Origin: an uncultured Methanosarcinaceae archaeon
GTDB taxonomy: Archaea > Halobacteriota > Methanosarcinia > Methanosarcinales > Methanosarcinaceae
Assembly: GCA_963727895.1 (NCBI GenBank)
Contig: CAVSHT010000012.1
Location: 160,001 to 224,000, forward strand
Length of the DNA stretch: 64,000 nucleotides
Direction: 5' to 3'
Shown: positions 45,106 to 56,088 of the stretch, piece after piece
Numbering within the stretch: position 1 is the first letter of the stretch
Layout: every line of letters starts with the position of its first letter
Notes under the pieces: model-generated
The model's database searches: none
The model's input: the letters and a program-made list of their open reading frames with translations, nothing else
What the model was told of the DNA's origin: nothing
Translations under genes and position numbers: made by a program

Positions 45106-46818
45106 ATGGCAGCAGACATTTTCTCAAAATTCAAAAAAGATATGGAAGTCAAGTTCGCACAGGAATTTGGTTCAAACCAGCAGACTGGTGGGGACATCAC
45201 CGGCAAGACTGAAAAATTCCTGAGGTTAGGTCCTGAGCAGGACGCAAGAAAGGTCGAAATGATTAAGGCCGGTAAGGAAATCGCAGAGAAGAGAGGCATT
45301 GCATTCTATAATCCGATGATGCACTCTGGTGCTCCCCTCGGTCAGCGTGCAATTACTCCTTACACTATTTCCGGCACTGACATTGTCGCAGAGCCTGATG
45401 ACCTTCACTATGTGAACAACGCTGCAATGCAGCAGATGTGGGATGACATCAGGAGAACCTGCGTTGTCGGTCTTGACCTCGCTCACGAGACTCTTGAGAA
45501 AAGGTTGGGTAAGGAAGTTACTCCTGAAACCATCAACCACTACCTTGAAGTCCTTAACCATGCAATGCCTGGTGCAGCAGTAGTTCAGGAAATGATGGTC
45601 GAAACTCACCCTGCTCTTGTTGACGACTGTTACGTGAAAATCTTCACAGGTGACGACACACTTGCAGATGAAATTGACAAACAATTCCTTATTGACATCA
45701 ACAAGGAATTCTCAGAAGAGCAGGCAGCTCAGATTAAAGCTTCCATCGGTAAGACAACCTGGCAGGCAATCCACATCCCAACAATTGTCTCCAGAACAAC
45801 AGATGGTGCTCAGACTACAAGGTGGGCAGCTATGCAGATCGGTATGTCTTTCATCTCCGCATACGCAATGTGCGCTGGTGAAGCAGCCGTCGCTGACCTA
45901 TCTTTTGCTGCAAAACACGCAGCTGCTGTTTCCATGGGTGAAATGCTCCCTGCAAGACGTGCACGTGGACCAAACGAGCCTGGTGGACTTTCCTTCGGTC
46001 ACCTCTCAGACATCGTCCAGACAAGTCGCACATCCGAAGACCCAGCAAAAATCGCTCTTGAAGTCGTCGGTGCAGGCTGTATGCTCTACGACCAGATCTG
46101 GCTCGGATCCTATATGTCCGGTGGTGTCGGATTCACACAGTATGCAACAGCTGCATACACCGATGATATCCTCGACAACAACGTGTACTATGACGTTGAC
46201 TACATCAACGACAAGTACAACGGTGCTGCAAATGTTGGCAAGGACAACAAGGTAAAGGCGACCCTCGACGTCGTAAAGGACATTGCAACCGAGTCCACAC
46301 TCTATGGTATCGAGACCTACGAGAAGTTCCCAACTGCTCTTGAAGACCACTTTGGTGGTTCCCAGAGAGCAACCGTGCTCGCAGCCGCAGCCGGTGTTGC
46401 AACTGCCCTCGCAACTGCAAACGCAAACGCTGGTCTTTCTGGCTGGTACCTCTCCATGTACCTGCACAAGGAAGCATGGGGCAGACTCGGATTCTTCGGA
46501 TACGACCTGCAGGACCAGTGTGGTGCTACAAATGTTCTGTCCTACCAGGGCGACGAAGGTCTCCCAGACGAACTCCGTGGTCCAAACTATCCCAACTACG
46601 CAATGAACGTCGGTCACCAGGGTGGATATGCAGGTATCGCTCAGGCAGCCCACTCAGGCCGTGGAGACGCATTCACCGTCAACCCACTCATCAAGGTCTG
46701 CTTCGCTGACGACCTCATGCCGTTCAACTTCGCTGAACCCAGGAGAGAGTTCGGTCGCGGTGCAATGAGAGAGTTCGTTCCTGCTGGTGAGAGATCTCTC
46801 GTCATTCCAGCAAAATAA
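45106..46818 (+). CDS. mcrA: Methyl-coenzyme M reductase alpha subunit
   Basis: [48 protein letters not shown]. Confidence 0.99.
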   Translation: MAADIFSKFKKDMEVKFAQEFGSNQQTGGDITGKTEKFLRLGPEQDARKVEMIKAGKEIAEKRGIAFYNPMMHSGAPLGQRAITPYTISGTDIVAEPDDLHYVNNAAMQQMWDDIRRTCVVGLDLAHETLEKRLGKEVTPETINHYLEVLNHAMPGAAVVQEMMVETHPALVDDCYVKIFTGDDTLADEIDKQFLIDINKEFSEEQAAQIKASIGKTTWQAIHIPTIVSRTTDGAQTTRWAAMQIGMSFISAYAMCAGEAAVADLSFAAKHAAAVSMGEMLPARRARGPNEPGGLSFGHLSDIVQTSRTSEDPAKIALEVVGAGCMLYDQIWLGSYMSGGVGFTQYATAAYTDDILDNNVYYDVDYINDKYNGAANVGKDNKVKATLDVVKDIATESTLYGIETYEKFPTALEDHFGGSQRATVLAAAAGVATALATANANAGLSGWYLSMYLHKEAWGRLGFFGYDLQDQCGATNVLSYQGDEGLPDELRGPNYPNYAMNVGHQGGYAGIAQAAHSGRGDAFTVNPLIKVCFADDLMPFNFAEPRREFGRGAMREFVPAGERSLVIPAK

Positions 46819-46846
46819 ACTCAATAACAAAAATTTACTAAAACAG

Positions 46847-46881
46847 AGTAGGCCAGAAGGCCTACTTTTTCTCTTTTTTTT
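46847..46881 (+). terminator. mcr operon terminator
   Basis: AGTAGGCC-AGAA-GGCCTACT hairpin followed by T-tracts. Confidence 0.8.
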
Positions 46882-47373
46882 CTACATTGTTTTTTCTCTT
46901 GCTGTTTTTCCGGAAATCTTTATTTTAATTATGAGCTTGCCATTGATTTTTCAGATAGATTTAGCAATTATATGGTATCTTTAAAGGAATGCAGTTTCTT
47001 TCAAAATATTCTCTTGGTGTTCAAATGTTTCCATAGCTTGGATTATAACCTGGATTATAACTTGTGTATGGAACATAACTATACCAACAGTGCAAGCATG
47101 TAGTGTAGCATATCATATTTTACCCCCTATATTTCACTAAACTACGCTAATTAAAATTATCTTTAAACCAAATGGTTAAAACACTGGCATTTCTTTTTTA
47201 ATATAATAAAAAACCATTAATAATGTAATTAAGAAATATCTATTATTAATTAAAATCAGTATTCTCAAACCCAGCTTCCATCTAAAAATATAAAAGCGAA
47301 ATTCAATCATCTTTAATGTCAAAAACAGGATTAAATATTTTCTTAATGATGTCTAAGCTCATATTACTCTACT

Positions 47374-49101
47374 TTAGATAACGATGACTTTTTTGCCTAA
47401 TTTGCTTGCAGCTTCCACAAATTCTGTTGTATCTACATCAGGAAATGCGTCTATAATACAAATATCAAACTTTTCATCCAGTGAATTAGCTAATTTTCTT
47501 ACATCCATGCTATAAACTTCAAATTTGTCCCCAGATGCTATTAATTTTTCTTTACTTTCTGAATGTTTGACTGGAAATCCATTAGCTTCTAAATTAACCA
47601 AAGTAGTTTCTATTGCAGGATTCCATATATCATTAAAAACAACTTTTTGCGCTCCAGCTTTAAGACATGCAATTCCTAACGTTCCAGGACCACATGTACA
47701 ATCAAGAATAGTAGGTCTATCGCAATCTGCCTAAATATTTTTAAGTATTTCTGTTTTGGGTGACTCTACCTTTGGAAATTCTATATGAATTTCATGCTGA
47801 TATTTGTATATACCTAAAGCACCGTAAGGAGTCTGTATAATATCACATCTCAAATCGCAGCCGGCAAGAAGTCCATATACATGAGGATTAAAACCAGAAT
47901 CTTTTATACCCACAATTTTTCTTATATCTCCCTTTAAAACCCCTTTTACTTCCCACACTTTCTGTATAACTATATCAGCACATCTCTTATTCACCTCATT
48001 AGATAATATTACTAACGAATTCTTAGGTAAATAAGGAACAGAATTAGTTGGATAGCCAGGAGTTACAAGAGGAACACATGCATTCCTTAAATTTGCTTTT
48101 TATCTTTTACTCCTTCCTCCATCATTATTTGGCATTGGTAATAAAAAATAGATAAATATGCTTATAACATATATTTCTTCATTAACTGCCCCAGATGCAA
48201 TAGTTCCAGTCACAAAAAGAACGGTATAGTTGGCGGGCGTCAACGCTACAAATGCTCTGATTGTGGCTATAACTATACAGTAGAGCTAAAATCAACTGCT
48301 TTTTCCGCTTCTGTAAAAAGACAAGCTTTACAACTCTATCTTGAAGGATTAGGCTTTCGCTCAATAGGAAGAGTTTTAGGGGTGAGTCATGTTTCTGTCC
48401 AAAAATGGATAAAGAAATTTGGTCAGGAGTTAGAGAACCTAAAAAGTGAAAGTGAGATATCTATTGTTGAAATGGATGAGATGCACACTTACATCGGTAA
48501 CAAAAAAAATATTGCTGGATCTGGATTGCTGTTGATAGAGTTGGGAAAAAGTTCATCAACTGCTCTTTTGGCAGCAGAGGAACGGAAACTGGAAAACTAC
48601 TCTGGGAAAAATTGAAGAAAAAAGAGATTGGAGAAGTGATGACAGATCACTGGAGGGCATATGCAGAGTTTCTTCCTGAAAAGAGTCATACTCAATCCAA
48701 AGCAAAAACGTATACTGTTGAAGGATATAACAGCATATTGAGGCATTTCCTGGCAAGGTTGAGAAGAAAGACAAAGTGTTATAAAAAAAGTCTTGAAATG
48801 CTAAAGTACTCGGTTATTCTATTGATGAAATACAGAAATAAAGAACTAGATATATTTAATTAACAATACCATATATTTTTAGCACATGAGCTATTACAGT
48901 ATCAAGATGTCTCTTACCGCAGTTACAACTGCCAAAATGGTTATCCATTTCATCTAAATTAATCTGTTCTGCTAGAGGAAATAATTTCCTTATTTTTTGT
49001 GGTTTGCAATCGTTGCACGGTTTGTAAAATAATTCAATGTTTCTTAACGCTTCCGAAATAGGCTTTATGCACGCATTTCCACATCTACATTTTATTTCCA
49101 T
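47374..49101 (-). pseudogene. mcmA: Class I SAM-dependent methyltransferase adjacent to mcrA (probable McmA, MCR cysteine methylase), disrupted
   Basis: Reconstructed ~325 codons: MEIKCRCG..CGKRHLD..VLKI | IS1 | MMEEG..(1-nt loss 48097-48101)..LAGCDLRCD..HIEFPK..(TAG 47731-47733)..ILDCTCGPGTLG..FNDIW..IDAFP; gene name from recalled synteny mcrA-mcmA-aroA-thyA. Confidence 0.8.
48131..48870 (+). mobile_element. IS1-family element, full length, transposase start mutated to ATT
   Basis: Ends GGCATTGGTAAT / ATTAACAATACC; 48181 ATT-NCPRC..RQRYKCSDC Zn ribbon, HTH, A8 shift at 48502-48509, DDE domain; target duplication degenerate. Confidence 0.93.
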
Positions 49102-49235
49102 ACTCTTTAATATGGAATTTTATGTAAAAGTACTATGCGATTTTTTTCTATTCTTATATTTTGGCTCAGATTCTTTTTGAAAATAAATGATTTCTGACCG
49201 ATTAGAGACTAATTAAAAAAAATTGTATCTTCGAC

Positions 49236-50528
49236 TTATCCTTCCGAAATATCCTTAATTTTTGCCCTAAGACTGCGCATATCTTTAAAGAACTCTGGAT
49301 AAGAAATCGATACAGATTCTGTTGTGTCAATTGTTGTATTTCCTGCAACCATTCCTGCTATTGAAAGAGCCATAACTATTCTGTGGTCATCCCATCCGTG
49401 CACTGATGCCCCATGAAGTTTTCCACCAGTAATTGTTAAGCTGTCTCTTTCTTCTTTAAGTTTTACTCCAAGCTTTGGAAGTTCAGTAGCAAGGGCTTGC
49501 AGACGGTCTGTTTCTTTATATCGGACATGTTCGGCATTTTCAATCCTGCTCGTTCCTTCAGCAACTGCAGCAAGGACAGCAACGGTCGGGACAAGGTCAG
49601 GGGTTGCTCCGGCATCAAAGGTTATGGCTTTTAATTGTTTTCCACCTCTGACGGTCACATTTCCTGTTACTTTATCCCATGCAATATCTGCCCCCATTTG
49701 TTTAAGGGTTTCAATAATTACCTTATCCCCCTGTTTTGAAGAAAAAATATTTTTGACTGTGATTTCCGAGCCTTTTATCATGGCTGCTGCTGCAAGTAAA
49801 TAGGATGCTGATGAAAAATCACCTGGAACAGTGTAGTCTTTGAGATTATACTTCTGTTTCCCAGGAATTATAAATCTGGTATCATTACTATCCTCTATAT
49901 GAACTTCTGCACCTGCAAGTTCAAGCATTTCTAGAGTTACATCCACGTAAGGCCTTGATTTAAGTTTTCCTTTAATAGAAAGGGTGGTATTGTTTTCGGC
50001 AAGCGGGCAGGTTATTAGAAGGGCTGAGATAAACTGGGAACTGATAGAACCATCAATACTTGCATTCTGTCCCTTAAGTCCCCCTTTGACGACAAGAGGA
50101 GCTCTCTCGTTTCCTCGAGTAGAACAGGCTTTCACTCCTAAATTATTGAGAACATCAAGAAGAGGTCCGTTTGGTCGGGTACGAAGGGAAGAGTCCCCCG
50201 TAAGCACTGTAATCCCATCGGCAAGTGCTGCTATTGCAGTCATGAAGCGAAGAGTTGTTCCTGAATTTGCTGCATCAATCACATCTTCCGGGACATTTGG
50301 TTTTCCATTAACTCCCTGGATAATAAGCTTGTTTTCTTTTATTTCAACTGAGGCTCCAAACATTTCGGAAGCCCGAATTGTGGCAAGAGTATCGGCAGAA
50401 ATCAGAGGATGCCTGACTATTGATTCTTTTGAAAGAGCTGCTAGGGTTATAGCCCTGTGAGTGTAACTTTTTGAAGGTGGGGCAAAGACTTCCCCTTTGA
50501 TTGAGGATTTGTCGATAGAAACACGCAT
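49236..50528 (-). CDS. aroA: 3-phosphoshikimate 1-carboxyvinyltransferase (EPSP synthase)
   Basis: PPSKSYTHR, NSGTTLRF, ISSQFIS, RYKETDR, DDHRIVM. Confidence 0.96.
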   Translation of the reverse strand: MRVSIDKSSIKGEVFAPPSKSYTHRAITLAALSKESIVRHPLISADTLATIRASEMFGASVEIKENKLIIQGVNGKPNVPEDVIDAANSGTTLRFMTAIAALADGITVLTGDSSLRTRPNGPLLDVLNNLGVKACSTRGNERAPLVVKGGLKGQNASIDGSISSQFISALLITCPLAENNTTLSIKGKLKSRPYVDVTLEMLELAGAEVHIEDSNDTRFIIPGKQKYNLKDYTVPGDFSSASYLLAAAAMIKGSEITVKNIFSSKQGDKVIIETLKQMGADIAWDKVTGNVTVRGGKQLKAITFDAGATPDLVPTVAVLAAVAEGTSRIENAEHVRYKETDRLQALATELPKLGVKLKEERDSLTITGGKLHGASVHGWDDHRIVMALSIAGMVAGNTTIDTTESVSISYPEFFKDMRSLRAKIKDISEG

Positions 50529-50660
50529 ATGTACCAGGTCTCGTTTATTTTCTTATTTAGATTATTTCATGGAGTCAGGTGCTTACTTCCAGTTTCTAAA
50601 TAATCATTTTTGGACATTATTTATATTTTCACAAATAGTTATATTTAAACTCACTAACGC

Positions 50661-51314
50661 TCAGTTTATCCCTTTTACGATATTTTCTACCAAATCCCAA
50701 TCATAGTCATAAACGTGTGCTGAGACGCTTATAGTAGTTATCGTTCCTGGTTCAGTACCTACCTTATCGGCTACGTACTCCAGAAGTTTTGAGAGGCCAT
50801 AAAGGTTTGCCGGGTAGGCCCCTCCAAAATCGTGACTTCTGAAAAGAGTGGTGAGGTGTATCTTCCCGTCTCTTATCTTAAAATCGTCGAGCATCATGCA
50901 GGGAACTTCATTGACCTTCGTATCCACAGGAGGAATCCAGGTAATAGCTATTGCTCGTCTAGATGTTGGATTTTCCTGCAGCTTTTCTATCATATACTCT
51001 ATCTGATCCACTTTTCCATTCCAGTTCCGAAGGCGCTGACCGTAGGTGTATTCAAAATCCTGCTTGTTTTCTCCCGAGATAAGCTGTTTTGCATATTCTT
51101 CAAGTCTTTCTTCGTTCCATGCAGTATCTTGTGGTATTCTGTCAGTATAGGGATCTTCAATTACTACCATCAAATCCATTAATTCCTTTATTTTACTTCC
51201 TCTTTCATCTATAATGACCTGCCCATGGTTCCAGATTATATTAAGCCCGCGATACCATGCATCAGATATAGTTTTTGCCTTGACAATCCTACCAATTTCA
51301 AATCTGTTTTCCAT
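50661..51314 (-). CDS. thyA: Thymidylate synthase (archaeal ThyA)
   Basis: YTYGQRL, SRRA, VPC catalytic motif, FRSHD, PAN, SAHVY. Confidence 0.92.
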   Translation of the reverse strand: MENRFEIGRIVKAKTISDAWYRGLNIIWNHGQVIIDERGSKIKELMDLMVVIEDPYTDRIPQDTAWNEERLEEYAKQLISGENKQDFEYTYGQRLRNWNGKVDQIEYMIEKLQENPTSRRAIAITWIPPVDTKVNEVPCMMLDDFKIRDGKIHLTTLFRSHDFGGAYPANLYGLSKLLEYVADKVGTEPGTITTISVSAHVYDYDWDLVENIVKGIN

Positions 51315-51670
51315 TAAGAACTCCTCTAAAATTCACAATAAATTCAGGTAGATTATGGATAGTTAATTTCTCCTTCTTTTTTCATTTACCACTTTGTTTT
51401 ATAAGTTCTTTCTCCCATAAATTATCTTAATATCTTACAGTGTATAATGATAGCATATAACAATCTTAATTTAAAAAAATTCCGGACAAAAGAAGATAGA
51501 TAGAATGGAACAAATAAATAAATTCAATAAAAAGAAAAACGTAAAGATGGACTGTATTTCTATCTAGATCTAGATAGAGTAGCCTATTTTGAAAATCTGA
51601 ATAAAACTTAATGAAAATAAGCATGAAAAAAGGAAAATAATTAAAATAAATAAAGGTTTGAGAAGTATTC

Positions 51671-52531
51671 TCAGAACCTCATTGTTCTAAGGCGCTTTAC
51701 CCTCTCATCGGTTGCTGGATGAGTGCTGAAGAGTGACTGGATTGATCCTCCTTTTAATGGATTGACAATAAACATATGGGCGCTGCTTTCTTTTGCCTGT
51801 ACGTCTGAAACTTTTGGACTATAATGAGAGTTTCCGTACTCGAGTTTTTCAAGGGCATCGGCAAGAGCCCAGGGTTTTCTGGAAATGCTGGCTCCCTCTG
51901 CATCAGCTGCAAACTCTCTGGATCTTGAAATTGCAAGCTGGATCAAAGTTGCAGCGATAGGCGCTAAAATTGTCATCGCAATAAGACCTATTATTCCACC
52001 ATTGTCATCATCTCTACTGCCGCCGAAGCCGCCGAAAATTGCAGCCCACTGTGCCATATTAGCTAGCATTGTGACAACACCTGCAAGGGTTGCAGCTATA
52101 GCACTTATCAGGGTATCTCTGTTCTTTACATGTGCCAGTTCGTGTGCCAGCACACCTTCCATTTCTTCATAAGAGAGCAGTTCAAGTATTCCGGTTGTAG
52201 CAGCCACAGCTGCATGTTCTGGGTTTCTGCCAGTTGCAAAGGCATTAGGCATTGATGACTCTACGATATAGACTTTGGGCTTTGGCAGTCCTGCTCTCAT
52301 GACCAGTCCATCGACAATCCTGTGCAGGTTCGGAGCTTCCGCAGGGGAAACTTCTTTTGCTCTGTACATCTTGAGTACTATTTTGTCGCTGTACCAGTAG
52401 CTCCCAAAATTGAGGATTACTGCAAACAGGAACGCAATAATCATACCGCCCGTACCCCAGTGGCTTCCTATCAAAACTAGTATACCCGTAAGGGCGGCAA
52501 GCAAAACTGTAGTTTTAAGCATGTTCTTCAT
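51671..52531 (-). CDS. htpX: Zinc metalloprotease HtpX
   Basis: PNAFATG, HELAH (HEXXH), [14 protein letters not shown]. Confidence 0.96.
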   Translation of the reverse strand: MKNMLKTTVLLAALTGILVLIGSHWGTGGMIIAFLFAVILNFGSYWYSDKIVLKMYRAKEVSPAEAPNLHRIVDGLVMRAGLPKPKVYIVESSMPNAFATGRNPEHAAVAATTGILELLSYEEMEGVLAHELAHVKNRDTLISAIAATLAGVVTMLANMAQWAAIFGGFGGSRDDDNGGIIGLIAMTILAPIAATLIQLAISRSREFAADAEGASISRKPWALADALEKLEYGNSHYSPKVSDVQAKESSAHMFIVNPLKGGSIQSLFSTHPATDERVKRLRTMRF

Positions 52532-53127
52532 GACTTCTCACGCGACGTCCTCCCAGGCTAATGTCTGGGTTTTCGGTCTTTAATTCTTATTTCTAAACTT
52601 AATTTTATATATTATATAGATTAAAACCAATCTTATATATTCTGAATGCAGATATATATTTTCTCTTCTGAACAACACAGGTTGATACAATTGTGTTATT
52701 TCTCTTTCCCTATTTATTTAATACCAATTTAAAATTCTACTATACGGAAACTTTATTCGCAAATTTGGAAATCTCAGTCCAATAATTATATTTTCTTCTT
52801 TGATCTCCCCCTTATCAAAGCTAAATTTATTTACTAATATCTCTTTTTTGATATATTTACATTTTCCCTCTTTATGTGTAATTTGGTTTGATTTCAAACT
52901 ATTATTCCAACTTCAAGTATATGTATTTATTGAAGAGTTCATCTCAAAATCAGGTTTTTTATCAACTCAATAATAACTTTTAGAACTTTTCGCAGTTATA
53001 ATAACTTGATTGATAGTTCTAAATTCAACACTTTGAGAATCAATTTTGAGTTTTGGGCGAACTCTAAATATATTCTCCTTGGATTAACCTAACAGTATAG
53101 CAGTAAGAAAAAAAGTCAAGAATATAT

Positions 53128-54042
53128 TTACGTTGATCCATCGTCAAAGTAATTCGTGTCAATCTTTTTAACATCATATGATTTTACTTTTGAAACTCCC
53201 ACATCATACTCAATCATTAGTCTTGCAAGCGTTTCTCCATCAATCAACACAATGTTCCCTGTGAAATCGGCATATTCAATAGCTTCTCTTGAAAAAGTAG
53301 AGGTTGTCATAAAGACGCCTTTCTTTGCTTTCTTTCCTATCAGAGCGCCTGCAAATTTCTGGATTTCAGGTCTTGGGACCGTGCCTTCCCAGCGTTTTGC
53401 CTGAATGTAAATTACATCAAGTCCAAGCCTATCTTCCTTTATGATTCCATCGATTCCGCCATCGTGACTTCTACCAACTGCTTTTCCTGCGTCTGCTCTT
53501 GAGCCTCCATATCCCATTTTTGTCAGAATATCAACAACCAATGATTCAAAGAAATTGGCTGAACATTTTTTTACTGCCGAGAGAATTTCTAAAACAAGCT
53601 CATTGTGAAGTTTCTGGTAGGAGAGTTCGAGAGATTCCATTGGATCTAGTTGTTCAGTTTCATTTTGGTCTTTGTCCAGCTCAATAGTTTCGACTTGTTT
53701 TCCTAGGCGAAAATCATTAAATTCTTTATATCATTTCAAAAAATTGACATCAATGCAAGGAGGTTTTTCTTTAAGAACATCCTGTCCTTTCTGGGTAATT
53801 GAAAAATATCCTTTTCTTCCCGAAGTAAGCAAACCAGCTTTTTTCAGGTAAGTACGTGCCCATCCAACTCGGTTATTAAAAACAGCTTGCTGGCCGCTTG
53901 GTAAAAGTTCTCTTTTTTCTTCTTCGCTTAATCTTAACTTTTCTGCAAGATACTCAATAGCATTGCGAATTTTATGTTCTTCTCCATCTCCTGCATATTC
54001 AAGTAAAGGAAGCATTAAAGATTGATAATCTGGAACTGCCAT
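53128..54042 (-). pseudogene. mrr: Mrr-family (type IV) restriction endonuclease split by an in-frame TGA (53731-53733)
   Basis: MAVPDYQSLMLPLL..NRVGWARTYLKKAGL N-domain; FFESLVVDIL..DGGIDG..IQAKRW catalytic domain; same frame across the stop. Confidence 0.88.
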
Positions 54043-55138
54043 TAGATCACTCAAAAAGAGTATTTTTAATAAAAACTCTCTATATCTCTTTTTATAGTTT
54101 TCTATTTTTGCATCTGTTTCTAACTTATAATTCAACTTCATAAGCCTTTTTTTGTGTCTCTTAATCTTTTCACTCCTTATCTTGAGTCTAAAATTTTGAA
54201 TGCCAGTTATACAAAATTTTTGTTTATGTGGGTTGGCTAGGACTTAAAAAATTTTTTCCTATCGGTTGAATATATCTTTTTAAAAATTCAGGACAGATGT
54301 GATCTTTATATTTTGTAATAACCTTTTTGGATTAGCTAATTTTATATGTCAAATAAGTACTTATATTAAAACACGGTAACTACTTTCCGTAGTCTAGTTA
54401 TTAAGTTCTGGACTACAGCAATAGAAAAGGAGATTCAGATCTAAAAGAAGCAACCCAGTAACTTTCTTACAAATCCATGTTATTGAATTTTGTTACAAAA
54501 ATGGCAAGTTTCAATCCCTGCAGAAATGGAAATTATGGAAAGTCTTGAGGTTGTCCAGACAACAAAAACTTAAATCCTCTAAATGAATGAAAAAGAACAT
54601 TTGTCTGGACAGGTTACAGGAAATCTCAGAATCAATTTGTAATAATGTCTCAAAAATATCGATTTACAAAGTTCAAAGCGCTCTATAAATACCTCCTAAA
54701 ACCTAGTAGAGTAATTGTTATAATCAAAAAATTCCAAAAATCCAACAACCTCCAAAACCTCCTAAATATTATAATGTAAAAGCCGGAGAAATTATTAATA
54801 ACGTTGTGTTTCATTCCAGAAGTTATTTCGCTCAAAGTAACCATGGAAGTCAAACCAAGAGACAATATATACAAATTGAATAATTTACTGAGAGTATCCT
54901 ATAGGCCTATTATTCTATGTTCTTTCTTTTCTCATTTTTCACAATTTTTTATTAAAATTTTTTGTATCTAAGAGTTATTGAATAAAGTCAAAGTTTACAT
55001 ATTTGCACGTATTTTATCTGTAGAAACTTTAGTTACTATTTTTGTTTTCACTTGTCTTCACTTGCTTTTGGAATCCAATTAAATTATGTAATGGAGTAAC
55101 TTTATGAAGTAAATATACTTATACTTCTTTAAAGAAGA

Positions 55139-55948
55139 GTGAATGCTATGAAAGCCGCTTGCATACAGATGAATATCTCCCTTTGCTCAAAGAAGGAAAA
55201 CCTTGAGCGCGCCTTGTGTCTCGCAGAAGAGGCGGTTTCGAAAGAAGCTGAACTGCTTGCGTTTCCAGAGGTTTTTTCAACTGGTTTTTGTTATGACCGC
55301 ATAGCTGAGGTGGCTGAAAATGCTTCTGGTCCCACCATCGAATCTTTATGTGATTTTTCAAAGGAACATGGATGTATACTTGCAGGCTCAATGATAGAGA
55401 AGAGAAAAAAGGAAACAATTGACTCGAAAAAGTTATCTCCCCCTCAGTTCAACTTGGGTTTTTGCATCGAATCTGGAAAGATAGCTGGTCTCCATCGAAA
55501 AACTCAGCTTTACGGTCTTGAAAAAGAATATTTTGCACTTGGGGATCATATACACCCTATTCGGCTGCAAAAACATGGACTTTCTATAGGTCTCATGGTC
55601 TGTAATGAACTAAGGTATCCTGAAGTTTCCCGAAAACTTGCTCTTGAAGGAGCAGATCTCTTGGTTTCAGCTTCTGACATGCCTGATTTTTACATATATC
55701 CCTGGCACATTATGTCTCTTTCTCGATCTATTGAAAACCAACTGCCACATATTGCCTGTAACAGAGCAGGAAATGATAAATTCTCAACTTATGCAGGCAA
55801 ATCTTTTATTGCCGATGGATGGGGCCGGCTTCTGGTAGAAGCCGGAAAGGAAGAGTGCGTTCTCATTGGGGAAATCGATCTCGAAAAGGCAAAAGAGATC
55901 AAGCAAACTGGTTCTATTCTCGAAGATCGCAGACCTGAAATTTACTAA
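55139..55948 (+). CDS. Carbon-nitrogen hydrolase (nitrilase superfamily)
   Basis: FPEVF, HRKTQL, VCNELRYPE (E-K-C triad). Confidence 0.88.
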   Translation: MNAMKAACIQMNISLCSKKENLERALCLAEEAVSKEAELLAFPEVFSTGFCYDRIAEVAENASGPTIESLCDFSKEHGCILAGSMIEKRKKETIDSKKLSPPQFNLGFCIESGKIAGLHRKTQLYGLEKEYFALGDHIHPIRLQKHGLSIGLMVCNELRYPEVSRKLALEGADLLVSASDMPDFYIYPWHIMSLSRSIENQLPHIACNRAGNDKFSTYAGKSFIADGWGRLLVEAGKEECVLIGEIDLEKAKEIKQTGSILEDRRPEIY

Positions 55949-56088
55949 TTTTAAATTGAAAATTTATACAAAACTTGGGTAAAGAAACAAATCAAAATCA
56001 GTTAAAATAAGTCCAAGTTATGAAAGAAACTGCATAGTTACAAAAATAAAAAATCAGCTAAAATATAATAAAAAGGAACCCTAATGGG

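Noticed and set aside
42075..46709. Many 60-215 aa alternative-frame and antisense ORFs in mcr genes
   Set aside because: Expected from the strong codon bias of highly expressed genes; no independent signals
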